The notes beneath the pieces are model-generated. The model had not been told where the DNA came from, searched no databases, and saw only the letters and a program-made list of their open reading frames with translations. The position numbers and the translations under genes are program-made. Of a stretch of DNA of 64,000 nt, positions 53,413 to 64,000 are shown piece after piece; positions within the stretch are counted from its first letter, which is position 1; each line of letters starts with the position of its first letter. This stretch comes from Rhizophagus irregularis (lineage: Eukaryota): assembly GCF_026210795.1 (NCBI RefSeq), contig NC_089433.1:496001-560000 (forward strand), read 5' to 3'.

Positions 53413-56210
53413 CGAAAAACTGATGCCCATTTTTGGCATTCTACTCTGCGAAAAACTGACGGCAAAATATTTGTTGTTCTTTCAAAATCTGTTTCCTTGA
53501 TGCGTCCATTATGATTAATAATCTCCAAATGTTGTAGATTTATTAAATTTAAAAATGAATCAGGATCGATAAGTGGTGTTGTCATTAAGATTTTTAATGT
53601 CGCAGCCTTTTCTTGACCACATTACTTAATAATGGGTATTTGATATACATATTTAATAGCAATATTTATAGGATGGATTAATAAATAGATTTGTTTTTTT
53701 TTAAATAGAGTATACTATTTAAAGTTTTTAAATGCGAATTTATGTTTTTCCAATGCTTGGTTTAAAACCTATATTTATATATTTTTTTTCAATAGTAAAA
53801 GTAACTTTAATATTTTTAATGGATTACAATTGTCCTTATTATTACGGCGTAAAAAATATTGTAAAAATATTCATAATGATCATTTTTGATTATGCAAATC
53901 TGCACAATAAGTATTAGAGAGTAGTACCGCATGCATGGATTAAGTACTACATTTAGTTGTTAGATATGCATGAAATAGGGAATAATTACTTATTAAGGAT
54001 ACTATTACAGGATTTTCAACCTCGTCAACCAATTTTTTTTTTTCTGTAGTCTCAAAAATTTTTAAATAGTAATTTCTTAATTAAGCAAACAAGTCAAATA
54101 AAAATCTTTCTAATTTAATTATTAATAATTTGGCTTATAGTAAAAAAAAATTCGTGAATGAAATTTTCTTCTTTCATCGTTAAACGGACATCGTTAAGCG
54201 TACATCCGTTAAACGAACGTACTAACTAAAGATAACAACTCATTGTAATATAAACAACCTATTAATGGATAATAATTATGCACAGCCGAATGACAAATTT
54301 ATTGTCATTTTTAATATTATGACCCTTTTAAAGGTTAGCCTTTGTTTGTGTGAATGAACTCATGCTGTATTGCTGTATTACTAATTAATAATTAGAATCC
54401 CTTATACCAAAAATATATCCATTCGGATAACAAAGATACAATATTTCAAAGTATTAAGATTATTGTAAAAGCATGTAATTGTTTACTTTTTGATTTCACA
54501 TGAAACGCTAATACAAATTATTATTTGGTATTCATAATACGTTTATCTTATACACATGTTTATTTAATTAATTTTTTTACATTTTTTTACGGTAATTAAT
54601 TTCATTCTTAATACGAAAATAAAAACACTTAACATATTAAGAATTTTCAATAATTTAAAAGTATTTTTGATATATAATCATATTTTCTTATTATTCATAA
54701 ATGTCATTTACCCTATGTCCAAAAATACTTACTTCGTTCAGATTCGATTCGGAGAATCCCAATTTTATTTTCTTGCTGGAACGAAAAATAAAAATATTAT
54801 GAGAACAAAAAAAAAATTCATTTCTTTAGGATGAAATAACTTAAAAAATTTCAAATACTTTAAGTCTTTAACCACAGAATAAAAATATATATCTACTACT
54901 AATTTTAACGGAAATTATGTTTAGCGAAAAATTATATACAGTACATACTTCATTAGCATGATGAAAAAAATATACGAAAATCTTTTCATTAAGAACTTCT
55001 CTTTAAACTTGTCTTTGCATATACTAAGTCGGCGACGGATGATTAACGATATGAAAGTTTATAATCTCTCGTATGGTAATTTCTTTTATCCTTAAATTTT
55101 GTTATGTAAAAAAAGAAACTAAATATTTGAAAGCTAGAGGGTCGGTATCATTAAACAGCCACTCCGTAATTCCGCAATTAAAGAGTTACTCATTTTTAAT
55201 ACGCTACAATCTTGACACTTCGAGAAGCAACGTTAAGACGTTCAATATACGACAGTAAAATTTATAATCATATAGGAAATGAAACATATAAATGATTGGA
55301 CCAGGTACATAATTTTTTCTACACTTAATGGCTGTGCATTTTGAATTTTGTGACACAATTGTAACTCATAATATAGTATTCCTATATTGGCAAATTTTAA
55401 CTTACATTTTCATTAATCACGTAATTTTCCGTATCGCTGAAGAATCACATAATTGGTATTATTATTGTAAGGAAGAATTGTGTAAATTTAAAGAACATGA
55501 TTAAATAAATTTATTATTTTAAATACTGTACTATCTGCTTTGTAATCAATTTTGCGGTTCAATTTTATCGGTCAGTTTTGCGACTTGGTTGAACCTCGCG
55601 ATCTTTAAAATCCGTTGGCATCCCTAACTTCACCAAATTTAATGACCAATTAAATCATCATAATGTATATCTATAATAAATTTATTATTTGCGAAAATAT
55701 GTAATCTATAGGTTTACGTTAACAAAAAAAAAACTATATTTAATAATTACTTTTTTCGGCTCATTAATTTAAAATACTTGTATGGTAGGTAATACTTCAA
55801 CGAATATTTAAGAATAAATTATAATTGAAATGATGCATTTTGAAATATATTTTTATTAATTTTTTTTTTTTTAAACGAAGTCAATTTTTTATCTATCTGT
55901 TATCGGGGAAATAAGAAAAATTACAAAAAAGGAAAAGATCTACATTATATAACATTTAGTAAAGAACACGATCGAACTATATAATATTATTAGGGACTTA
56001 AGATTTTATGTTCAAAAGAACTATCCACCATCCTGCACACCCAAATAGGTTCACTAAACTATCCGCATAACTACTACTATTCGTATGGACTTCGGTAATG
56101 TTATATAAAAACTTGCCCCAATACTTTTAACTACTACTACAACTACAAAAAATAATAATAATAAAAAATAAAACTACAAAACACTACCGTAATCAATAAT
56201 ATTATAATAA

Positions 56211-56250
56211 CTAGAATATGCGATTTGCCGGGGGACTTCGTCCCCCAGGA
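56211..56250 (-). mobile_element. Helitron 3' terminus (hairpin plus CTAG)
   Basis: Minus strand GGGGGAC-GAA-GTCCCCC hairpin, 15 nt spacer, then CTAG|T (56211-56214), about 190 bp after the RepHel stop. The 5' end was not located and may lie beyond the window. Confidence 0.8.
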
Positions 56251-56397
56251 GCTATTATTTTATTCATGGCTTATAGTTTTAAATATACAAATAAAATATA
56301 TAAAAAAAAGTATAGAAACTTGGAATATACTAATGTTTTTATTTTATAAATTAATATGTTAATTATTTTAATAATAAATATTTAATAAATTTTACAT

Positions 56398-59300
56398 TTA
56401 TAAAGGTAATGGAACAGCAGCTTTTTGTTCTAAACGTTTATATTCTTCAATCATTGACTTATCTGTAATAAAAGCAGAAGGATGTAAGGAAGCTATATGC
56501 AATTTAGATAAATCTGAACATCTACTTAATGCAGTGTATGCTTGGCCAGCAGCAAAAAATTGGTTATCAAGACTTACAGAAACTTCTGGTAAAGTTAAAC
56601 CTTGTGTTTTATGAACTGTAAGTGCAAATGCATTTTGTAGAGGAAATTGACATCTACTTGATGGCTTTCCATTAATCATAAATGTTGCAGTTTCTTTTTT
56701 AATTCCAATATCAATAATACCACCTTTTACACTAAAGGCTATTCTTACTTCTAGATTTTGTAAATCAAGGTCAGTTATAACTCCAATAGTACCATTATAT
56801 ATATTTTGATCTATTAAATTATTTTTAAGATACATAACACGAGCACCTTGTTGTAAACGTAAATGACTGGGAAGATTAGTTTTCTTTTTAAAAAGTTTTT
56901 GTGTATCATCTGGATTGTATTGTTGGTTATCAATATAATCAATAGCTGAACTAATTAGAAATTTATCTTCATTTACTGGTAACATATTACAAATAATATT
57001 ATTAATCCGATTGGCAGTTTGGTTATATCCAACAATATTTGTAATATTAAGAATGGTGTTAAGAGGTTTATTATGATCAAAATTATTTTCTTTTTCATAT
57101 AAAATAGTCCATGTAGTTATAGAAATATTACCAAATCTAATTTCTTGTAAGGCATTATAATATTGCATATCTTGATTTTGTCTTTGTGGTTCTTTTAAAA
57201 ATAAAGGATAAAAGAGTTTCCATTCTGATGATTTATATACTGGTGAGCCAGTTACTGGAGGTAATTGAGCTAAATCACCAACAATTATTACATTTAATCC
57301 TCCAAATGCAATAGTTTGTTGCTGAATAATAGAAAACATATCAGAAATAAAACTAAAAAGAGTAGCTGATACCATAGAAATTTCATCAATAATTAGAGTA
57401 TCTATAGTTTTTAAATATTTGAAAAAATCATAATCATAAAAAGCTAAAGATTGAAATCCACTGTGTGTTTCATGAATCCTTAATGCAGAATGTATAGTTT
57501 CACCTCCAATATTTGTGGCAGCTATACCAGTTGGAGCTAGTAATAAATAATTTGACCTTTTACTTTTTAAATCATTAATAATTAAATTAATTAAAAATGA
57601 TTTACCAGTACCAGCTGATCCAGTAATGAAAAAATATGGATGTTTGTTTTTTTGATGACTTGGGCCCAAAATATTACGAATTGTAGAAAGAGCATTTAAT
57701 TGATCATTTGGAAGAGTTAATGCATTACAATGGGAATAAATAGGAGGATCAATTCGTAAGGAATTAAGTTGTATTGTAAGAAGTTCTGTTATAGAAGCTG
57801 GTATTATAGTTTGTAAATTATTAATTAAAGATTCTAATAAATTATTAAATTGAAGATTTAGCTTTAATTGTTGTGAACGTAAAAAATCTTGGGTAACTTG
57901 TTGTATTTCTTCTTGAAATTCAGGATGATGATGCAACCAATGTTCTCGATATGTTGAAAAAGTGCTAAGTAATTCTTCTTCACTTTTGCAAGGAATTTCA
58001 AGTAAAAGTTTTTGATAAAAAAATAGTTCTCCATCTTCTAATTTTAAATGTCTAAATCTAACTAATTTTTGATTTGTTCTTTTAATTACATAATTTCCTA
58101 ATTTATCAATATAAATAAACCGTGAAGTTGTTGGTCTAGTTATTACTACTTCATAATTTTGAAAATATTGTGGATAAGTTAAATTGCTAAATTCTTCTTC
58201 TTCTGGACGATCAAAATATTTTTCAATATGATTTTTCCAATAAGGATCATCATTTTCATCAATTAAATAAATAGGTCGAATAGCTTTTTGTCTACTTGTA
58301 GGAGGATCAGTAGTAAGATATATAACAGCACAGGAAGAGTTACAAATAGTTTCTCCTAATATTAAGAACATTAATTCCATAGATCCTAATCTTCGAGCTA
58401 CTATATGTTCTTTGAACTTGTCACCTTCTTGTATATTGAAAACATGGGATGGTTCTGATTTTGCTATATATTTTGTTAAATAAAAGGCTAATTTTCTAGA
58501 ACTAACATATTGTATATTCATATGAGCATTCCAAATCATTAAAGTTTGTGGATGATAAGGTACTATCCATTGATCTTCAGCTTTAATACATCTGTAAATA
58601 TAACGTTGAGTATCAATATCAAAATATGTAACTGGAGAAAAAGGACGAGGAAATCCTTTTTTACAAGTATGACCTAAAGTAGCTGGACCTCCACATTTTG
58701 CACTACATGTATGAACTTGATTTGCTTTTACTTTTTCATATAAATCAGGTTCAATATCTGGATCAGGTAAATCAGATCTTATAAGATTTTCAGCAATCAT
58801 TTGTTCAATAGATTTAGAAACCCAATATACACCATGAGTATGTGCTGCACCACGATTTTGAAATTCTACTCTTTCAAAAAAGTTAGTTAAATTACCCCAT
58901 TCTGAATGTTCAGGATTTTTCCAAATATGTTTTTTAAGTTGCTGTAAACGGTGTATAAAATGCAATGTAGTATGTAATGGTCTATTTGTTGGAATAGTAT
59001 CATGATTATCTGTTGCTTTTAAAATTTTGTGCAAATGTGTCCAGTGGCTTTCAGCCATTGTAAGAGTAATAAATAGTGATGGTAATCCAAATGTTGAAAT
59101 CATTGTATTTACATGAAGTTCTTTTTCATGAAAATATGTATCACCAGTACGAATAAAAGTAGGTAAAGTAGTTGTTATAGATTCATCTATTATAAGTCTA
59201 TTAGAATAACTTGATGTTTTTATAATTTCTGCTGCAGTTGGTGGACGATAAACTTCATCAGCCTTATTTTGCCTCCAGATACGTTGATTATTTTGGTGAT

Positions 59301-60477
59301 TACGAATTTTTTCTAATTGTAAATATGACCATGCTAACCATTTAGGATGAAGTCTAAATCGTGAATCAATATTTAGGACTCTTTGCTTGATATATTTGGA
59401 ATATGTTTCATCACGAGTAAGATTTGAATTAGAAGTATTATCATTATAATGTCCTTTTCCATTTGGGAATAAATCAGGAAATAATAATGCTTCTAAATCT
59501 GGATCATTTATAGCTAAAGGTAATAAAGTACTATCTGGTGTTCTGATAAATCCTGCCATTAAATGAGAATAATGGTAATCTTCATTATGAATTTCAACAT
59601 TAAAATTAGCATTAGGAACTACAATATCATTTGGCAAATATGGTGGTGCAGAATTATCATCAGGTAAATGAAAGGCACTAGGAAATGGATTAGCTGTTTG
59701 TGAACCAGGTAAATCTAAAAGATGTGAATAATTTTTTAAAAAGGGGTTATGTTGTTTTAACCAATTGGCTGCTTCAATTAAAGTATCATCAAGCCAAGAA
59801 TTATTATTTCTTGATGAATTATTATCAAGGTAAGCACCAAGCATTCCAGAATATAATGTTAAAGCACACATATTTTTTGAAAGGTTCATTGATCCAGTTA
59901 ATGTCCTGTATTCTGTATATATGGCACTTTGACCAGAAGTTCTACCTAAAGAACAATGTATAAATACGGGAGATAAATACATTCGTTTTCCTATAGGTAT
60001 GGCTTGAATTTCATTTGGAATGGGATAAAGGAATGGAAATGCATATCTAGTACTAGGTTTTTTACATGATAAGCATACAGCAATGCGTTGTGGAGGTTTA
60101 ATGTGAAAAGTTAATAATGATTTAGGTTCAGTTTCTGGATATGCTTGCAAAAGAGAGTAAGAAAAATTATCATTATAAGGTAACCATTCACATTTCTCAG
60201 GATACATTAGACGACCACAAAATGCACATACAGCACAAACAAATTGATTTAAAATAGATAAATTGAAATTTGATAGCAGGTTTAAGAATTTTGTGCTTGG
60301 TATCCAAGGGTCAATGGGTGAATAATTTAAAATAATAGGCATTGAATTTTCATGTTGCCAAGATTGGTGAGACTGTAATTGATTTTGTAATTGTCTTAAC
60401 ATAATTTCAGGATCGCTTTGACGATCAGTAAGAGGATCTGTATCAAAAGTATAATGTTGATATGTATTGAAAGACAT
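56398..60477 (-). CDS. Helitron Rep-helicase (HUH endonuclease plus PIF1-family SF1 helicase), intact, 1359 aa
   Basis: Rep motifs FITLT, RVEFQNRGAAHTH, YLTKYIAK. Helicase motifs GSAGTGKS, IIDEISM, GDLAQLPPV, QFPL..AFALTVHKTQGLT, GQAYTALSR. N-terminal CxxC..CxxC. Confidence 0.95.
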   Translation of the reverse strand: MSFNTYQHYTFDTDPLTDRQSDPEIMLRQLQNQLQSHQSWQHENSMPIILNYSPIDPWIPSTKFLNLLSNFNLSILNQFVCAVCAFCGRLMYPEKCEWLPYNDNFSYSLLQAYPETEPKSLLTFHIKPPQRIAVCLSCKKPSTRYAFPFLYPIPNEIQAIPIGKRMYLSPVFIHCSLGRTSGQSAIYTEYRTLTGSMNLSKNMCALTLYSGMLGAYLDNNSSRNNNSWLDDTLIEAANWLKQHNPFLKNYSHLLDLPGSQTANPFPSAFHLPDDNSAPPYLPNDIVVPNANFNVEIHNEDYHYSHLMAGFIRTPDSTLLPLAINDPDLEALLFPDLFPNGKGHYNDNTSNSNLTRDETYSKYIKQRVLNIDSRFRLHPKWLAWSYLQLEKIRNHQNNQRIWRQNKADEVYRPPTAAEIIKTSSYSNRLIIDESITTTLPTFIRTGDTYFHEKELHVNTMISTFGLPSLFITLTMAESHWTHLHKILKATDNHDTIPTNRPLHTTLHFIHRLQQLKKHIWKNPEHSEWGNLTNFFERVEFQNRGAAHTHGVYWVSKSIEQMIAENLIRSDLPDPDIEPDLYEKVKANQVHTCSAKCGGPATLGHTCKKGFPRPFSPVTYFDIDTQRYIYRCIKAEDQWIVPYHPQTLMIWNAHMNIQYVSSRKLAFYLTKYIAKSEPSHVFNIQEGDKFKEHIVARRLGSMELMFLILGETICNSSCAVIYLTTDPPTSRQKAIRPIYLIDENDDPYWKNHIEKYFDRPEEEEFSNLTYPQYFQNYEVVITRPTTSRFIYIDKLGNYVIKRTNQKLVRFRHLKLEDGELFFYQKLLLEIPCKSEEELLSTFSTYREHWLHHHPEFQEEIQQVTQDFLRSQQLKLNLQFNNLLESLINNLQTIIPASITELLTIQLNSLRIDPPIYSHCNALTLPNDQLNALSTIRNILGPSHQKNKHPYFFITGSAGTGKSFLINLIINDLKSKRSNYLLLAPTGIAATNIGGETIHSALRIHETHSGFQSLAFYDYDFFKYLKTIDTLIIDEISMVSATLFSFISDMFSIIQQQTIAFGGLNVIIVGDLAQLPPVTGSPVYKSSEWKLFYPLFLKEPQRQNQDMQYYNALQEIRFGNISITTWTILYEKENNFDHNKPLNTILNITNIVGYNQTANRINNIICNMLPVNEDKFLISSAIDYIDNQQYNPDDTQKLFKKKTNLPSHLRLQQGARVMYLKNNLIDQNIYNGTIGVITDLDLQNLEVRIAFSVKGGIIDIGIKKETATFMINGKPSSRCQFPLQNAFALTVHKTQGLTLPEVSVSLDNQFFAAGQAYTALSRCSDLSKLHIASLHPSAFITDKSMIEEYKRLEQKAAVPLPL

Positions 60478-60519
60478 AGTAATTAAATGTAAAGTTAAAA
60501 AAAAATTATTAAATTTCTA

Positions 60520-61060
60520 ATTTTTTTTAAAGAAAAAAAAAAAGGTCAGAATATGCTTCATTTTATACTATGTTAACTGGTCGTGATCGGTCATGACCAT
60601 GGCTGATATTGGTCGGTCAAAGGCTTTGTGATCAACTATCTTAAATGCCTAAAATGTTAACTGATCGGGATTGATTATGATTGTGGCTGTCTGGCTGATA
60701 TTGGTTGGCCAAAGGCTTTGTAATTAACTATCTTAAATGCCTAAAATGTTAACTGATCGGGATTTGTCATGGCTGTGCTTATTTTTTTTTAAAGAAAAAA
60801 AAAGTTCAGAATATGCATCATTTTTTATACTATATTAACTGGTCGTGGTCGGTTATGACCGTGGCTGATATTGGTCGATCAAAGCCTCAAAGGCTTTGTG
60901 ATCGACTATCTTAAATGCCTAAAATGCTAACTGATCGGAATTGGTCATGGCTGTGGTGGTCAAAGGCTTTGTGATCAACTATCTTAAATGCTTAAAATGG
61001 GCAGAATGCTGAAAATGTCGAAAAATGCCGAAAAATGCCGAAAAATCAAGAATGCCGAAG
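60520..61060. repeat. Tandem ~90-bp repeats directly upstream of the RepHel start
   Basis: AAAGGCTTTGTGATCAACTATCTTAAATGCCTAAAATG occurs four times (~60619, 60711, 60888, 60962), followed by AAAATGCCG repeats. Confidence 0.85.
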
Positions 61061-62077
61061 GCTGAGAATTCATTGATTTTTGTGCGAAATGTACGAATTT
61101 TGGCAATTATTATAATATGAATTTTAAAAATTTTTATTTTATGGTAAAATCATTACATTTATTTTTTATTGTTTTACTTAAAAAGAATTAGTGATTATAT
61201 TAACGAAATCAGTGACAATTTATTATCAAATTTCTTTTTGGATTTTATTTTTATTTTTTCTAAAAATATTAATATTTCAATTAATCAATTGTTAATGATA
61301 AACGAAAAAATAAGTTTATCGGTGTCACGTGCTTTCAATAAAAAAGTTTTTTTATTTACAAATAAATAATTAATAAATCATTTTTTTAAATTAGAACACT
61401 TATTTTTTAGTAATTTCATAAGTATCATGCTTTAATGTCTCTTAGAAAAAAAGAATAATAAATTTTATTCAAAACGAAAGTTTCAAAACGTACTAATCCG
61501 AAAAGTTTGAATAAAAAGAAACCGAAAAAAAACTTTAAAAAAAATTAAAGAAAAAAAATTCAAAGCTGTTTTAAAATTATTCATCCAATGAACCTATTAT
61601 ATTTGAAAATAAAAGGCGATCTACGATAAGTAGAGAAAATGTTGTTTGAAGACGACATTTATCAACCCATGCAAATCAAAGCGAAGGACCTATAGAAAGA
61701 AAAAACGAACTGTTAGAAGTTTTTCAAGATTAATAAAAAGGAAATTAAAAAATAAATTTACCAAGAATCCAAGATAGCAAAATGAGATCGAAGAAATCTA
61801 CAAAACAAAAAATAAAGAAATGTTAATCTATTTTCAAGAAAAAAGATAAAAAAAGTTTCGAATTTACGTTATTATCAATCATCATTATAATTCGCTATCT
61901 ACTTCTAAATCATTGTTCTCATCTTTCTTTTTCGTGTCTTTGTCCTCTAAATTGTTGTTTTTGTCGTCTAGAACCATTTCCACTTCTCTTTGTGTTGATT
62001 GGTTAGACTATGGAATCATTGGGCCATTATAATAGAATATTCATCTGAATTATCCAAATCAAAACAGGAACAGAAAT

Positions 62078-62620
62078 CTACGAAAGATAAAACGGAAACG
62101 TTAGTAACGTTTCTTAAGTTAATTTAATTCCGAATAGAACGTAACCTTACAACTTACCCAGGTAAGTTCCACCGTTCCCTACAAAAACAAAGGAAAAAGG
62201 AAACGTTAGCAATGATGTTCCTTAAGCCAATTTTGAATAGAACGCCACTCTTAAAACTTACCCAGGAAAGTTTCAGGTCTTCAAGGCCGTTCCCTACAAA
62301 AACAAAGGAAAAACAAAACGCTAACAATGTTTCTTAAGCCAATTCCGAATAGAACGCCACCATTACAACTTACTCAGGTAAGTTTCAGGTCTTCAAGGCC
62401 GTTCCCTACAAAAACAAAGGAAAAACGAAACGTTAGAAACGTTTCTTAAGTATTAAAAAAAACCTTTGTCCCCAACTTACGAAATCGTTTCCAAGACTTC
62501 AAGAGTCCGTTCCCTATAAAATATAAAAAATAAACGTTAATAAAATTTCTAAAAAGTGAATTTAAAAATTTTTTGATATTTACCTTTCAAGTCGAGTCCT
62601 AAATAAGGTTCCGTGTTCCT
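62078..62620 (-). other. Tandem micro-exon/intron array (probable spliced non-coding leader)
   Basis: Five GT-AG intron-like segments of 70-83 nt (62514-62583, 62406-62480, 62294-62373, 62179-62261, 62078-62157), most with CTAAC-like branch sites and pyrimidine tracts. They separate exons of 33, 32, 32 and 21 nt, all starting GGAACGG. Confidence 0.7.
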
Positions 62621-63814
62621 GATTTTATATTTGAAATTTTTTTTTTTAAAAAAGAAAAATCGAAATCTCGAAATCCAAAAAAATTTATATAAAAAAAAAT
62701 AAAAATCCGGTTTAAAACCGAAAAAAATAATGAAAAAATAAAAAATAAAAAAAAATTCGGTTTGAAAAAAACCGATAAAAAAAATCAAATAACAAAAAAA
62801 GCCATAACGGGAAATAAAAAATGTTTATATAAGAAAAAAAAATTATATAAAAAAAAATATTTACCGATACGAAATTTTTTTTTATTTAAAAATCAGAAAA
62901 AAAGAAAAAAAAGAGATCGATAAATAATTTATCGAATCTGATTTATTTAGTCCAATCAAATTTGATTGTCGAAAATTATTTCGGTCATTCGTTTCGACGT
63001 AATTACAATACGGCCTTGTGTGACATTCGGAACTACAGTATTGGAATCTTTTTTTTTTTTTTTTTTACGATGACAAACGCATATTTATTTAATTATAATA
63101 CCTTTGTAAATGGTATATTGCGCACAAATACAAATACAAGCTATAGAATAATCTCAATATACCCATTGAAATTGAGTAGGTAAAACCCACTCGCTCTCTC
63201 CATGTCAAAGCGACTCCCGTCCCCGATCAACACCTTTAACCACTACACCAACCTATTTAGAACTATCTACATACATGGGTATATCTCGCTAGTCTATACT
63301 ATACTACCCAAACTACTTTTTATTTTTACCCTTTTTCTTTTTTCGGCCCATCCAGGGTTCCCGGCCCAGGGTTCTTTTTCTTTTTTAACTTTAACTTCTC
63401 TCAAACCGTCTTCTGATTCTTTGAAATCCACGTCGCTGCGTGTTCCCTGTATACGCTTCTTGACTTCTTTTATATAATCTTCATCCTCCGATGATGATGA
63501 CGATGTAGGCGGTAAAAATCCACTACCCTTCGATATAGCAAATGGGTTACGATTCGTATACAGTATCGTTCTGAGGATGAGGATTTGAAATTAGTGTAGT
63601 ATGATTAACAGTTTAATATACATCACTTATTGTTAACAAATATTTTATTTATATAAAGAAAATGCGAAATACAGATAAGAAAAAACAAAAAGAGAATGAT
63701 ATATTTATAAAGAGATATAAAGGGATATAATAAAATGGAAAATAAGAAATGTAGAGAACGAAGAATCAAAAAAATAGAACTATCAAAAGTAAAAAAGCGA
63801 AATGTAAAAAGCTA

Positions 63815-64000
63815 ATTAGGGTTATCTGAATTATTATTGGAATCAGTGGCGGCAAGAACGTCTGAAGCGATATCTGCTAATTTTTGTAATTTGTTAACAC
63901 GAAAAGATGATCTTGTTTTTCTTTTTGTAGGTTGTTTGGGTTGTTGCAAGTTTTTATGGATTGTTTTCGCGTTAGTATGTGTGTTTGCTGCTGGCGGAGT
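63815..64000 (-). CDS. 3' end of an unknown ORF entering from beyond the window
   Basis: Open frame TPPAANTH...KRKTRSSFRVNKLQKLADIASDVLAA...NPN*. Confidence 0.35.

Noticed and set aside
53205..53585. 126-aa ORF with RAYKCSYG repeats
   Set aside because: The repeats derive from the palindromic DNA units; no other coding evidence.
62150..62385. U1 snRNA genes
   Set aside because: Only the 9-nt ACTTACCTG matches; no U1 stem-loops or Sm site follow.

Overview
A very AT-rich eukaryotic window with short GT-AG introns. The gene families present (TKL-type kinases, BTB protein, Crinkler-like remnants, KDZ transposase) suggest a Glomeromycotina (Rhizophagus-like) fungus; this assignment is inference. 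Mobile DNA dominates: (1) a spliced KDZ transposase with a convergent HMG-like partner gene and a 49-bp palindromic array; (2) several MITEs and a non-autonomous Helitron with a minisatellite; (3) a three-level nest of TIR elements inside a ~61-bp satellite; (4) a full-length RNase H-containing LINE (23569-32760, 15-bp TSD) interrupted by a solo LTR and carrying C-to-T lesions; (5) an intact Rep-PIF1 Helitron with a hairpin+CTAG end. Host-like genes are one apparently intact TKL kinase, several pseudogenes and an intronless secreted His-Me-finger endonuclease-like protein. The most unusual signals are that nuclease and two unrelated tandem arrays of exon-intron units (13.8-17.5 kb and 62.1-62.6 kb) that keep splice signals, appear non-coding and have palindromic splice donors. 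All homology calls come from motif recognition by eye; no searches were run.
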